A DNA stretch of 63,378 nucleotides, filler included, from Trichodelitschia bisporula (lineage: Eukaryota): assembly GCA_010356995.1 (NCBI GenBank). It is 5 parts of 4 records of this genome, joined end to end, with 100 filler letters (N's around TTAATTAATTAA, not from the genome) between each part and the next. Parts side by side here need not be neighbours in the genome. Positions count along the whole stretch, not along the records: positions 20,301 to 48,621 come from ML996712.1; positions 48,722 to 54,818 come from ML996715.1; positions 54,919 to 60,019 come from ML996715.1; positions 60,120 to 63,378 come from ML996718.1; 1 more part is not named here. One strand, given 5' to 3'. The notes under the pieces were generated by a model that made no database searches, had not been told where the DNA came from, and worked only from the letters and a program-made list of their open reading frames with translations. Positions 48,451-60,241 of the stretch are shown here, piece after piece. The first letter of the stretch is position 1, and each line of letters opens with the position of its first letter. The position numbers and the translations under genes were made by a program.

Positions 48451-48621
48451 CACTCATCGCGGCCATGCTGACGCGGATCGTGGAGTTGTCCCCGGCGGCG
48501 GCGTCATTGAGCGTGCGGGTCTGCATTTGCGGTGGGGCTTGACATATATTGTTGGCTCATCGTCTGACTGGACGGGTGGCTGGACGGTCTGGTGAACAGT
48601 GGGCTGGACATTTTGGACCAC

Positions 48622-48721
48622 NNNNNNNNNNNNNNNNNNNNNNNNNNNNNNNNNNNNNNNNNNNNTTAATTAATTAANNNNNNNNNNNNNNNNNNNNNNN
48701 NNNNNNNNNNNNNNNNNNNNN
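48622..48721. other. Assembly gap with six-frame-stop linker
   Basis: N44-TTAATTAATTAA-N44. Confidence 0.97.
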
Positions 48722-50602
48722 AGCCTCTGACCATAGCCATGTTTGTACCAGCTCCCCAATATTGCCTGCGCCTGAGCTCTGTCTACCCTGCCCAATTGCT
48801 GCGACTCTCCCAGCTGCTGTAATCTCATCAGGCGCGTCGTGATCAAAACAGACCCATGGTCGGCGTCGGGGAAGTATTTTCGGATATCGTATGCGTGGGC
48901 GTCGAGCGACGGAAACTCTCGATCGACGTTGTCAAACACCAGGAGCCAGCTAGTGTTGTCAGATTGAGCGAGCCAGCCCAACACTTCAGAGACCACAGCT
49001 TCGACATTGCCACTGGCACTGAGTGCATACTGCCTGCTGTCCTCCGAGATCTGGCCTTTCGGAATCCGGGTTGCACATCGCGCAATGCTCTGTCTCAGGC
49101 TGTCCGCTGTATCTCCAGCAAGCCAGAACACAGAACTGAACTCTTCACGGCCCCTCCGGACGAACTCTACGGCAAGCTGTGTCTTGCCAATTCCACCGAG
49201 TCCGCAGAGCGCAAGTATCTTTCGGCGTTGGGTGTCCGGTTGTGGCAACAGTGCTTTCTCGAGTTGTGCCATCTCTGCCGGCCGCTGAACGAATTCTTTC
49301 ACCACAGGGACGCCTTCGAGGCTAAATTGTGTCCGATATTGTGGGAGGTCTGCACGCAAGGCTGTCAGGGTCGGGCTCTATCCAGTCCATGAAACGTTTT
49401 TCGTTCAGTACATAGGGGCTTGCCTCCCACAAGACAAAAGCGGGGAAATGTTCGCATTGCTACTCGGAGAGAAAGAAATGAGATAACTGACTTGCAACTG
49501 GACGGATCAACAGCAGAATCTCCTTCGCGCAGGAGGCTGCAGTTGCCGCCGCATACTTCTGCCAATCGTCGCTTTTGTGCGAATCGGAATAGTCGGAGAT
49601 TCCTCGAATGACTAGGCAGGGGAAGTGGTTCATCAGCCCAGCTGCCTCCATCTCAAAGCAAAGAACACCCCCGAGTTTCTTGCTGATTTCGTCCCTTCGT
49701 TCGCCATCTCGCATGAGCCGATTGTCTGATGCAATGGTGCCGAAGTGGACCTGGACGTCCCCGGTGCGGGTCTGCCATCTATCCCGGTTTATCCGCTTCT
49801 CTCGAGCACATTCAGCACATCCAACTGCGTCATCTGAGTCCACGTGTCTGTAGGAAGCTGGGAACAAGAAGTCGGATGAGGCATCAGGGTAAATGAATGG
49901 ACTGTCCGGTTCCGTGAGCTTGGAAAGGTGTTCGAGAAAGCCGAAGTTTCTCTCGCTGTGCCGAATTTTGAGCTCCTGAAGTGCATTCAAAAGATGCTCC
50001 GGGGGGGCACTGAGATGTCCGGTTCGTCGAAGCCCGCCTGGAATGTCTTTGCCGAATGCGTACTGCACCACCCCGCCGTAAGCACCATCAGGTTGGCTGA
50101 AAACAACGTCTCCGAGCCGCAAATTGTTCTTTGGGCTGGGTACCCCGCCCCCGATGCCAACCATCAGGCCATACTGAATTGATTTAAACATCGATCTCAT
50201 TTGCAGCGCAACCGAAAGCGCAGAGTTCGTTCCAGGCCGGCCGGCCGGCAAACAGGCGATGACGACGTTGTGGCTACCCATACGGCCTACGTTGTATGGG
50301 AAGGTGGGGTCGTCTGGACCTTGCGGGAAAGGCGCATGCTCTGTGTCTAGTAGGCGTTTCGCTGCTGCAAGTTCATTCGGGAGCGCGCAAATCCATCCTA
50401 TCGTGTAGTCTTCATGACGAAGTCGACGGGCTGACTCTCTGTCGGTGGCTCTCTGAAGGAGGGATGGTAAAGATGGGGCCTGGCCGACACTGCTCGTGGG
50501 GGCAGGCGGGGTAGTCTCGCCAGCAACAGTTGAGGAGGGTCGTGAAGGGCCGGGAGAGGCACGAAAGTGGCCCTGTGTCCGGACCCGGTTTGCAGGTGGC
50601 AT
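48722..50602 (-). CDS. Fungal NLR, PNP_UDP + NB-ARC; C-terminus lost in the gap
   Basis: DYTIGWICALPNELAAA...LMVGIGGGVP...CFEMEAAGL...RGISDYSDSHK; intron ~49352-49491; Walker A GLGGIGKTQLA and Walker B WLLVFDNVD, GSVLITTR. Confidence 0.9.
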
Positions 50603-51834
50603 CTTGGAAATAATGATGCTAGTCAAGAAATTGCGGACTTGTGAAAATGTAGGAGTGGAACTCGAGGTTGAAGGCGAGGCTTTGGGGCTTCCAGCTGAAC
50701 TCAACTCCGGGGTAAAACGCCAAGAATGAGGCTGTGAGCTGTCGAGCGCGGAAGGGAGGACGAGATTGGAGGAGACACAGCCCCATGCCACGGGGCGTCA
50801 AGTTCTCCTACCAACTGATTAGTTCATAGACGAAGACTTCACTGGAGGACATACCCGGTCGTTCATCCATGTGCACCGCCCACGCTGCTTGCGTCGTCTC
50901 TACTCCGACTGGGGCTCGAGCATAAACAGGCTCGGGAGGATGCCGGAGTGGCGGTCACGGTTTTGGGCGGGAGGTTGACTGCACAGTGAGGGGCAGACGG
51001 GGCATACAGACTGTTCTGATGGAGGAGATACGTAGTTGATTCTGTGGAAGAGGTAGCTGGATAATGTGTGAGGCGGGTGTTAGCAAGCGTCCTGGTGCTG
51101 GATTGAAGGCTCGATTGGAGTTGAGCAGACGACATCGTATCAGTCATGTTGTATCGTGTCGTCAGCGCGGGACTCGAGAAATATACAGTACCGTGGAACA
51201 ATTGAGCCCGCGGGAGCGTGCGGCCATTCCAACTGCGAAGGAAAGGCCTCATCCCCATCGAGGAGAAACGATTGTCCATCCACGACTCCAAAACTTGTCG
51301 TCAACAGACCAACATTGGCAAAAGGCTGAAGTGATAGACAGCGCCTAGCTTCCCGTTGAACTAGCCTAGCGGCTCCTCCCGTCCATCAAGCGGCCCCGCG
51401 TGGCCCGTATCCATCGCATTCCCGGCCTCGACAGTACCCCATTCTACCACCTCTTCGTTTGCGAATAAACCGCGCCCAGCTCTCCCCTCGTCGGATGGGC
51501 TATCTGAAATTGCCTAGGCATATGTCGAGAGATATGACTGCCTAAGGCAAACTAACTGGTCCGCGGCAACCAGAAGCTTAGCCTCTAGGAGCACAGATCA
51601 CACAGTGAGCCTTGGCAAACGCAGTTAGACGTAGGAGAGAGGCAGCTTAGCTTCCTCTCTCGCGAACCAAACCTGACAACTTGGACTTACCCACCTTTGC
51701 CAAACCTGTGACTCTCAACAGCATACCCGCAGCAAGTCACGCCGCGCAAAGCCTTACATATCAGCGTATCGCTCCCAGTGTATGTAAACTTTCACCGGCA
51801 ACTACCCCACCGCCCCCCCGCACCTGCACGCAGC

Positions 51835-51892
51835 CAGCCCTTCTAGCAACCTCTCCCGCACAGCCCTTCTAGCAACCTCTCCTGCACAGCCC
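51835..51892 (+). repeat. 26-bp tandem repeat x2+
   Basis: CAGCCCTTCTAGCAACCTCTCCYGCA twice plus a partial copy. Confidence 0.8.
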
Positions 51893-52738
51893 GTCGGATA
51901 ACCTCTACTACTACCAGTCTACGTCAGCGTTCGCGCCCGCGCCTGGGGCCCGTCGGGGTCGTGCGCTCGTCATATGTGTCGGTGGCGTCGAATTCGGCCG
52001 CGGTTGGGTCCAGCGGGTTCCACGATGAGCTCTGACACAGCAGCAGCAGGCGCGCATCGCGGTGAACAACATTCCCGGTGGCAGGGGCGGGGGCTAGAAC
52101 CCTCGGGGGGGAGGTTAATGGGTGTTGGGGGGCGGTGGCGGTCTTCGACCTGCCGCCGAGCTCCGCACCGCCTCCCGTCCTGCGCTGTCATTCAAATTCC
52201 ACACCGTGCCCCTCCCAACCCCTCTGTGCTTACGGATCCATATTGTTGGGAGATGGTTTGAGCGGCGGCGTACTCCATTCCTCTATCGGAGTCAATGAGT
52301 CGCTACCTCGACAATGTGAGTGCGTCCCTTCGCTTGCGTGAGTGATGGAAGAACCGCGCTCAGCAATCGCTCCCCCTTCATCCGCCGTCAAGGGATTCTT
52401 CGAGCGGCGGCGCCTCCCCATTATTGATGGGTACCCGCCTGATGATGCGAATGCGCCCCTTCGCTTGCGCGGGGAGGCGTCGACGTGATGAACCGCGCCC
52501 CAGCAGCCGGTCGTCCCTTCATCCATCCTGTGACACCTCGCCGCTCGGGGATTGTAGACATTGCAATCAGCCCCCACATTAAAGCTAGCCAGAATTCACA
52601 AAGATCCAAAGCACGACGCGACCTACCTCGAAAAGGCTGCATGAAGGAGACATTTGCAGAGTGCGACAGGATCTGATATCCCGCCCCCCCAGGTTTTCCA
52701 TTCTCCCCGCCTATATTCTGGCCAAATACCGCGATGCC

Positions 52739-53498
52739 ATGTCGACCGGGATATGCAAATGTTCGCAATGCCCCAAGACGCACACGCGTCCGTGGAACGC
52801 CCGCGACCACGCAGCTACTCATCGAGGAAAGTTCGCCCACCCTTGCACACATGAAGGATGCAACAAGAAATACGGCCAACGGGATCACCTTGCTCGGCAT
52901 GTAAGCACGGCGCATAAGCGGGTACGCCCTCGGAACACCCGCAGAGAAAAGGCGCGGCGGTCGGCAGCAACGGCAAGGGCTCGGGCCGTGACAGCAGCGG
53001 CAACGACCACGACACCAGCAACAAACTCGAGCGGCCAAACCCCAGGCGGCTCAGACGCGGGGCACAAAGTGCCGGACTCCACGGGCGGAGAAGCATACGT
53101 TTGGGGTGATGCTTTGCGTCCCGGACGAGGCTGTTGGCCATCTTGTTGACATCTATGTTCATCCCGAGACGGACGAGGTGGTTGACGCTTCTGCCCCCGA
53201 GGCGCCGTACATTTGCCAGTTTCCCGGCTGCAGGAGTGGTTATTCATGGTCGAAAGGCTTGACCCGACATCAGCGCACTCACACCGGGGAGAGGCCGTAC
53301 CCTTGCAGCGTTGCCAACTGCGGCATGGCCTTTTCACGACCGGACACCTTGATGGACCGCCAGCGCACCCATACCGGGGAAAAGCCGTTTGCCTGTGAAT
53401 GTGGCCAGAAATTTCCGTAACGTGGAAACCTCGCCATCCACAAGCGCAGTTGTCCCCAATGCAGTGACGCTAACTCGCGATGGAAATTCAATACGTAA
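52739..53498 (+). pseudogene. Multi-C2H2 zinc-finger gene, degenerate
   Basis: About five fingers with HTGERPY and HTGEKPF linkers; frameshift near 53105; TAA at 53418-53420 inside the last finger; His replaced by Arg in finger 4. The 5' extent is unclear. Confidence 0.75.
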
Positions 53499-53780
53499 TA
53501 GGCGGTGGATAGGGCAATCCGGCTCCTGTTCGAGTTACGCGCGTTGCTTTGGTGACTCTGGTGAGGGGTCGTCTTGATAGCGCAGGAAGGTTTCCTGGTC
53601 GACAAATTTATGTCACGGGCTTCCAGCAGGAGGCCATTTTTTTCAAGTTTATTTTGTCCGTTTTGACTCTAATGGTTCGAAAGCTCTTGTGATTCTAGCG
53701 AACCTGCTCATCCTTCCATGCCAAAATCTTTTCTAATCAAGCCAAAGTCAATGCACGAATACGAGGAATGGTGTCCTGGC

Positions 53781-53809
53781 TGTTGAAAGGTGATGTGTGA
53801 TCAATGGAA
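53781..53809. mobile_element. LTR-A terminal fragment
   Basis: TGTTGAAAGGTGATGTGTGATCAATGGAA matches one end of family A. Confidence 0.7.
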
Positions 53810-54519
53810 GCTAATGCCTTTCTCTGCCTTGCCCTCAAATCCAGCGCCAGATTTCCTTCAATTGGAAACTACTGACGCGCGAAGAGATTTGGGATGATCT
53901 GTAACATGTGAACAGTAACATATGCTAGTCCTGCCCTCCGCATTGAACCACAACGCCTCCCTCAAATCGCCCCGTCTTCGGCCTGTCGCCGGTTCGCTTC
54001 TCCAGAACTGGCCCGGTTGGACCTGCAAGCGAAGTATCATGGGGCGCCTGTTAGGACCCTTGTTCCGTCTCCGCAGCGTCACCTCTGCCTGAACGTGACT
54101 CAGGCAACGCTACCCCGCACTCCGATTCTCCGAGTGGGGGTGGCTAGCGGCTAAGTGCGGGGTTGTACCGTGGCGGGGGAAGGGAGACGAGCTGAGGCAG
54201 TGGCACAGGTCGCGACTGGGCTAGTGGCACGGGTGAATTTGGTGGCGCGGGTTGACTTGGTGGCGCGGAGGGAGATATCTTCTCTGCGTTGTGAAGGAAT
54301 GGTTAATTCCAGATACTTCCAGATCCACAATGCATTGAAGCTATTACATCACTGATGGTGATATTTTCATCTGCCATTGCTACTATTTGTAATTGGAGCA
54401 TTCGATTTCAAAGCTGTCCCATTTCAATACGTAATTTCATTGCCACTTTCGCTCTAGAAAAGGGTATAAAAAGACAACGACCGCAACGGAGGTGGGTGGG
54501 GAGGAGGTTAAGAGACACT

Positions 54520-54818
54520 TCAGCAAATGAATTCCATACACAGCACTCGACCAGATCTATACCCCAAGCCAATCTTATCCCCGTGAATGGCGACGACATC
54601 CGGATTGCGATACTCGAGTGGAAGCCAAAGACGTTCTTCCGCGCCTATGGTTATCCATTCCCCGACAATTCTGAAACGTGGAGGATCCGATCCGGAACCT
54701 GGCGACTGCTTGCCGTCCAGCCAGAAGGCCGCGGCGTTGATATCCGAATGGCCCTCGAGCGTCTGCAGCGCCGCTCCCGAGCCGGCGTCCCACAGCCTGA
54801 CCGTCGAGTCCCAAGATG
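54520..54818 (-). CDS. HNWD-type WD40 NLR C-terminus (partial, runs out of the gap)
   Basis: Open frame [23 protein letters not shown]...LWLPLEYR...[10 protein letters not shown]. Confidence 0.8.
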
Positions 54819-54918
54819 NNNNNNNNNNNNNNNNNNNNNNNNNNNNNNNNNNNNNNNNNNNNTTAATTAATTAANNNNNNNNNNNNNNNNNNNNNNNNNN
54901 NNNNNNNNNNNNNNNNNN
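54819..54918. other. Assembly gap with six-frame-stop linker
   Basis: N44-TTAATTAATTAA-N44. Confidence 0.97.
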
Positions 54919-55317
54919 TGGGACGCCGGCTCGGGAAAGGCGCTGCAGACGCTTGAGGGCCATTCGAATCCGGTCTGGGCCGTGGCTTTCTCGCCGGACG
55001 GCAAGCAGCTGGCGTCGGCATCGCGCGACAGGACGGTCAAGCTGTGGGATGCCGGCTCGGGAAAGGCGCTGCAGACGCTCGAGGGCCAGTCGGATATCAA
55101 CGCCGTGGTCTTCTGGCTGGACGACAAGCAGTCGCCAGGTTCCGGATCAGATCCTCCACGTTTGGGAATTGTCGGGGAATGGATAACCATAGGCGCGCAA
55201 GAACGTCTTTGGCTTCCAGCCGAGTATCGCAGTCCGTATGCCGTCGCCCTTCACGGATATAAGATTGGCTTGGGCTATTGGTCTGGTCGAGTGCTGTGTA
55301 TGGAATTCATTTGCTGA
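54919..55317 (+). CDS. HNWD-type WD40 NLR C-terminus (partial, runs out of the gap)
   Basis: [44 protein letters not shown]...LWLPAEYR...[10 protein letters not shown]. Confidence 0.82.
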   Translation, partial: WDAGSGKALQTLEGHSNPVWAVAFSPDGKQLASASRDRTVKLWDAGSGKALQTLEGQSDINAVVFWLDDKQSPGSGSDPPRLGIVGEWITIGAQERLWLPAEYRSPYAVALHGYKIGLGYWSGRVLCMEFIC

Positions 55318-55595
55318 AGTGTCTCTTAACCTCCTCCCCACCCACCTCTGTTGCGGCCATTGGCTTTTTATACCTTTTTCTAGAGCGAAAGTGGCAATGA
55401 ATTACGTATTGAAATGGGACAGCTTTGAAATCTAATGCTCCAATTACAAATAGTAGCAATGGCGGATGAAAATACCACCATCAGTGATGTAATAGCTTCA
55501 ATGCATTGTGGATCTGGAAGGATCTGGAATTAACCATTCCTTCACAACGCAGAGAAGATATGATGGAATGTGGTGGCTGTGTTCAAACTTTGCCA

Positions 55596-55769
55596 TGTTG
55601 AAAGGGGACGAGTGATCAATGGAAACATCACAGCATCACAAGTTGGACCGAAGGTCTGTCCATGACCAAGTTGCTTAATTGTCAAAGAGGTGGGGATCCC
55701 GAGTCTACTTATACTCGAGCCCTGTAGCTGAAACTGGGTAAGGCTGAACACAGCCACCGCTTTCCAACA
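55596..55769. mobile_element. Full-length LTR-A, inverted relative to 102-275
   Basis: TGTTGAAAGG...TTTCCAACA; no exact 5-bp TSD; preceded by a degenerate LTR-A end at 55561-55595. Confidence 0.9.
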
Positions 55770-57033
55770 CCAGGCTGGGTTAGGGCTCACTCGTTTACTT
55801 TGATCTCGGGCTGTGTTTCTGGTGCCGTGGGGCTGCTAGATTGACGAGATGTCCTCCCCATCCGAACCTGCTATCTCGAAGGCCTTCATCACCGCTAGCG
55901 CGATGGGGACATCGGCCATGATACAATTGTACCCTGCACGGTTAACCCCTGCCTCGCGTCCTGCACCCCCGGCCCCCTCTTACTCCCCGCAACAACGAAA
56001 TCAAACACCTCCTCACTCCCAGCCTACGCAACATTCGCATCATTAAACGCATGCAGCAATGCACGCCCCTGGGTTCGGTTAGCCTGGGCTGACGACTAGA
56101 GAGCGACCATCCCACCCGTCCAAATATTGTACATCTCCCTCCCCCTAACCAACCTCTCTAACCCCACTAGCGCCATCCACGCCCACCCATCCACACGGGC
56201 TACTGGGATGATCAACCGGCCCGAGTACTGGGGCTTCGGGAGTGCGTCTAGGCAGAAGAGAATGGCGAGGTAGGAAGCGCTGATGATGGGGACCGTTCCC
56301 GGAGGGGCCGCGGGTGATTGTCGTGGCATCCTTAGGGACGAAGTGGAACAGGGACGGCGACAGATCAAGGCTGTAAGGGAGACGGTCAGCACGGGGGCAG
56401 AGACGGCGCGTTTCAGTTCCAACTCACTGATGCAGGACGGCGAGGATATCCATTAGCAGCGCACCCAAGTCGGCATCCCGCGGAGACTCGGCTGCGGCGG
56501 CCTCATGTTGGCTCACGCCATTGGGCTGGAGCAAGAGTTTCTGCTTCGTAGATGGTTATCGGGCGCAGGCGATGCGGGTCGCTGGCAGCCTGCAAAGTGG
56601 ACGTGATGGCGGGTGGTGGGGTTGGCGCCATGGGTGCGCTGCGCGACGATGCGTGCGGGAGGGCTCTTGAAGATGGGGTAACGCGATGGTAGCCCTGACT
56701 TTCTGTTGCAGAAGGCGGAAAGAGAATTAAGAAGTGTCGGTGCGCGGGCGCGGAGGTGTGTCGAGGGGTGTGAAGAGGGGGAGGAGAACACCCTGGTCGC
56801 GCCAAGCCCCCCTCAAAGGACCGTCCGCGGTGCGGCACTGAGAGATGGTTGCCGGGGGGGAGAGCAGAGAGTAAACAATTGTTCATTCGCATTTGCCGTG
56901 CCAAAAGCGCTTCACCAACAAAAGGAGAACCACGACGTCTGGGTCAATGACCCGCCACCGGCCTGAGGACATAGCCTCCGCGCGCAGGCCACATCAGCGC
57001 TCAGCCTCAGGCTGCAGCAGAGCGTGCAGCCAG

Positions 57034-57330
57034 TGTCATATGCCATCAGGCTGTCTGTTCTCTCAGCCGTGAATCCAAGCCTTGATATTGGTGGAGGTGT
57101 CGTGGGAGACCAATGCCGGGCCTTAACCTCATTGGCTCCCCACGATCTTCCCCCGCGGCTGCTGCCACGTCACGCCAGCCTTCCCGCACCCCGCCATGCC
57201 TTAGGCAGACGGCAGCGAGATCTGCTCAAGAGTCTGGCGGCTCGCCCTTCAGATAGATCTTTGTGGAAGTAACTTGTTCATGCCTGCATCATACCCATCG
57301 TGACTTCCACACTTTTGCACGCCCCTGACA
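57034..57330. mobile_element. Candidate LTR truncating the gypsy integrase
   Basis: TGTCA...TGACA ends; integrase similarity stops at 57330; no TSD and no second copy. Confidence 0.4.
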
Positions 57331-60019
57331 GATGCGCTCGAGGATCTTGAAACGTTCGTACTTGGGTGTGAACTTGCGTGCAGTTTTCACCAAGACTCCG
57401 TCCTTCTCCATTGCTTGGGGCCTCATGTTCCTCATATCGAGCCATGCGTATCCTCCCACTCGTAGGGAATCTGCTGGTCGACGGTGCCGGTTCGTCTGCT
57501 GTTCGTAACGTTCTTGTGCATCTGCCATTGCCGTTTGCGCGAGTACCGTAATGTCCCTCATCTTGTTCAGCATCGCTCTTGCTGCTTGCACCGGGTTCGG
57601 TTGCCGCTTTGGTGTTTTTTCTTGATAAAGGTCCTCGAATTCGAGGCCATCCCCTAGCCGCGCATGGTATCCATGTCCGACAAAGAAAGGGCTCATCTTG
57701 ATGGCGGAGGAGTCTCGGTTGTTAAGAGCGAGCTGTAGGGTACCCGTGAGATCTGCCCAGTTGTCTTGGTACTGATTGACGTAGTGCCTGATGTACTTCT
57801 CTACCTCTTGATTTGCCCTTTCGGTTGCTCCGTCAGTCTCCGGGTGGTATGCCGTCGACAATCTCTGCTCAATCTTGAGCACACGGCAGAATTCCTTCCA
57901 AAAGTCTCCTACAAACTGGGGGCCTCTATCGGATACTAGCGAGGCGGGCACACTGTGTTGGCGGATAAAGCGATTGATGAACTTCCTTGCAACGTATGAA
58001 GCTTGGGTGTTCTTCCTGCCTTCGACGATGATTCCTTTTCCGAGACGGTCAGTAATGACCATAATCGCGCAACGTCCTCTACTTAGAGGCAGATCGGTGA
58101 TGAAGTCGATAGAGATATCTCGCCAGAACTGTTCCGGTATCGGGAGTGGCTGGAGGAGTCCGTGGTGTTTATCGTTCCAAGAGCGATTTCGTCCGCACGA
58201 TGCGCATGCTTTCACGAATTTCCGAACGTCCCTATCCATGCCTGGCCAGAAGAATCTTCGCCGGAGTATCGATGCGAGCATCTCGCGTCCTGGGTGGCCA
58301 ACGAGGGGGCGTCGTGGATAAACTGTATGAGCTTCGTTCGTAGTGGTTCGTCGTTGGGGACCCAGAACCGTCGCTTGAAGAGTAGTCTGCCGAGGGGATC
58401 AATGGAACAATCTGCGATACTGACTGAGAGTCCGAGGTCGGGAGGAAGTCGGTGGGCTTCCCTTCTAATTGCCTGGAGAATAGCCTCGTACTCGTAGTCC
58501 TTTGGCAGTGCCTCGTTCCACAGGGCCCTGAGAGGTGTGTCGGCGGCGCCGTAGACGTCCGGGACGCTGGGATACCTTCGTGCTGGGATCACTACTTGGG
58601 GGTGAGCGCGAGAGGCGACGGGGGCTACCCCTACTACCGTATGGGAGGTCTTTGGGAGCATGGCGGGAGTGATGAGCCTAAAAACACGGTGCTGGCGCCT
58701 TTCGTCGTTGTCGTCGACTGGGACGTCTTGCTCTCGGCGAGGGAGAGCGTCAGGGACAGTTGCTTCGGTGCCAGGACGGAAGTCAAGTGTGAAGTTGTAG
58801 GAAATAAGCTTCTGGTACCATCGGACATGCCTCTCCGTGAGTTTCTTTGACGTCATGAAGTATTCGAGGTTCTTGTGGTCGGTCAAGATCTGGAAATGAG
58901 GGAGACCTCGGAGTTCGGCATCCCACTCGTCGAGACAGCGGATGATCGCGAGCAACTCCTTGTCGTGGATCTCGTAGTTGCATTCAGCGGGGGAGTGTTT
59001 CTTTGAGAAGAAGGCGATAGGGTGGAGCTCTCCATCGTCGCCTCTTTGAGATAGGACACCTCCGATCGCGTTACCTGAGGAATCCGCCTCTAGGACGGTT
59101 TCTCGTTCCGGGTCATAGGCAATAAGGAAGGGAGCAGTGGTGAAACGCTCTTTGAGGAGATCGAAGGCCTTTTCTGCATCACTGGTCATTTTGAAGGGTC
59201 CGGGGGTCTTCCCGGTGAGCGCCGTGAGGGGTTTCGCAATGTTTGAGAAGTCTCGAATGAAACGTCGGTAAAAGTTCGCGAAGCCTAGGAATCCTCGTAC
59301 GCCTTTTGCTGTCTTAGGAAGCTCCCATTCGAGGATCGCCTTCACCTTTGCTGGATCCATATGGATTCCGACACCTGCTTCGACGATAAAGCCCAGGTAT
59401 TTCGTCTTTTTGACAGTGAACTCGCACTTGCCGATATCGACCTGTAGGCTCGCCTGCCTAAGTTTCTCGAGGACCCTTTTAACTGCTTCTTCGTGTTCCG
59501 CGATCGTGCCTTTAGTGTAGATGATGATATCGTCGACGTAAGCTGAGACAAAGTCGTCAAGATATTCCCTTAGAGTGTTGTTGATGAAGCGCTGGAAGGA
59601 ACTAGGGGCGTTCGCGAGACCAAAGGGCATGACGAGCCACTCGAAGAGACCGTACCGCGTCCGAAACGCGGTCTTCCACACATCGTCTGGGTGCATTCGA
59701 ATTTTGTTGAAAGCCGCAATGACATCTAACTTCGTATACCAATCTGCTTCCACAATTGCGTTGAGGGTTTCGTTGATGAGGGGGAGCGGGTACCGGTCTT
59801 TTCGAGTGATGGCGTTAAGTGCACGGTAGTCGACGCATAACCGGAGGCCTCCGCCAGGCTTGTGGGCGAAGAGGACTGGGGCTCCTGCCGGGGAGGAGCT
59901 TTCTCTGATCTGTTGCTTTTCGAGGTACTCATTGAGCGTCTTCCGAAGGACGAGCAACTGATCTCTTCCCATGGAATACATCGGTCCCCAAGGGACTTCC
60001 TTCTCTTTTCCTTGTGCAT
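57331..60019 (-). mobile_element. Ty3/gypsy pol (RT, RNase H, integrase), one frameshift
   Basis: LCVDYRALN, MPFGLANAP, YVDDII; EADSS, NYEIHDKELLAI, TDHKNL; GHPG, CASC, DFIT, SDRG, GATERANQ; frameshift at the G run 58305-58309. Confidence 0.95.
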
Positions 60020-60119
60020 NNNNNNNNNNNNNNNNNNNNNNNNNNNNNNNNNNNNNNNNNNNNTTAATTAATTAANNNNNNNNNNNNNNNNNNNNNNNNN
60101 NNNNNNNNNNNNNNNNNNN
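60020..60119. other. Assembly gap with six-frame-stop linker
   Basis: N44-TTAATTAATTAA-N44. Confidence 0.97.
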
Positions 60120-60241
60120 TGAGGCTGAGCAAAATCAGTAGCCCTCCTCACTAGCAGCTTTCTCAAGAGCCGTTGCTCCACCATCACCGCCTTACTCAAG
60201 ACGGCATTGCCGGCTCCGTCAAAAGTTGTACAGCCCTGCGG

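Noticed and set aside
51523..51678. Possible LTR (TGTC...TGACA)
   Set aside because: No TSD, no second copy, and no PPT or PBS.
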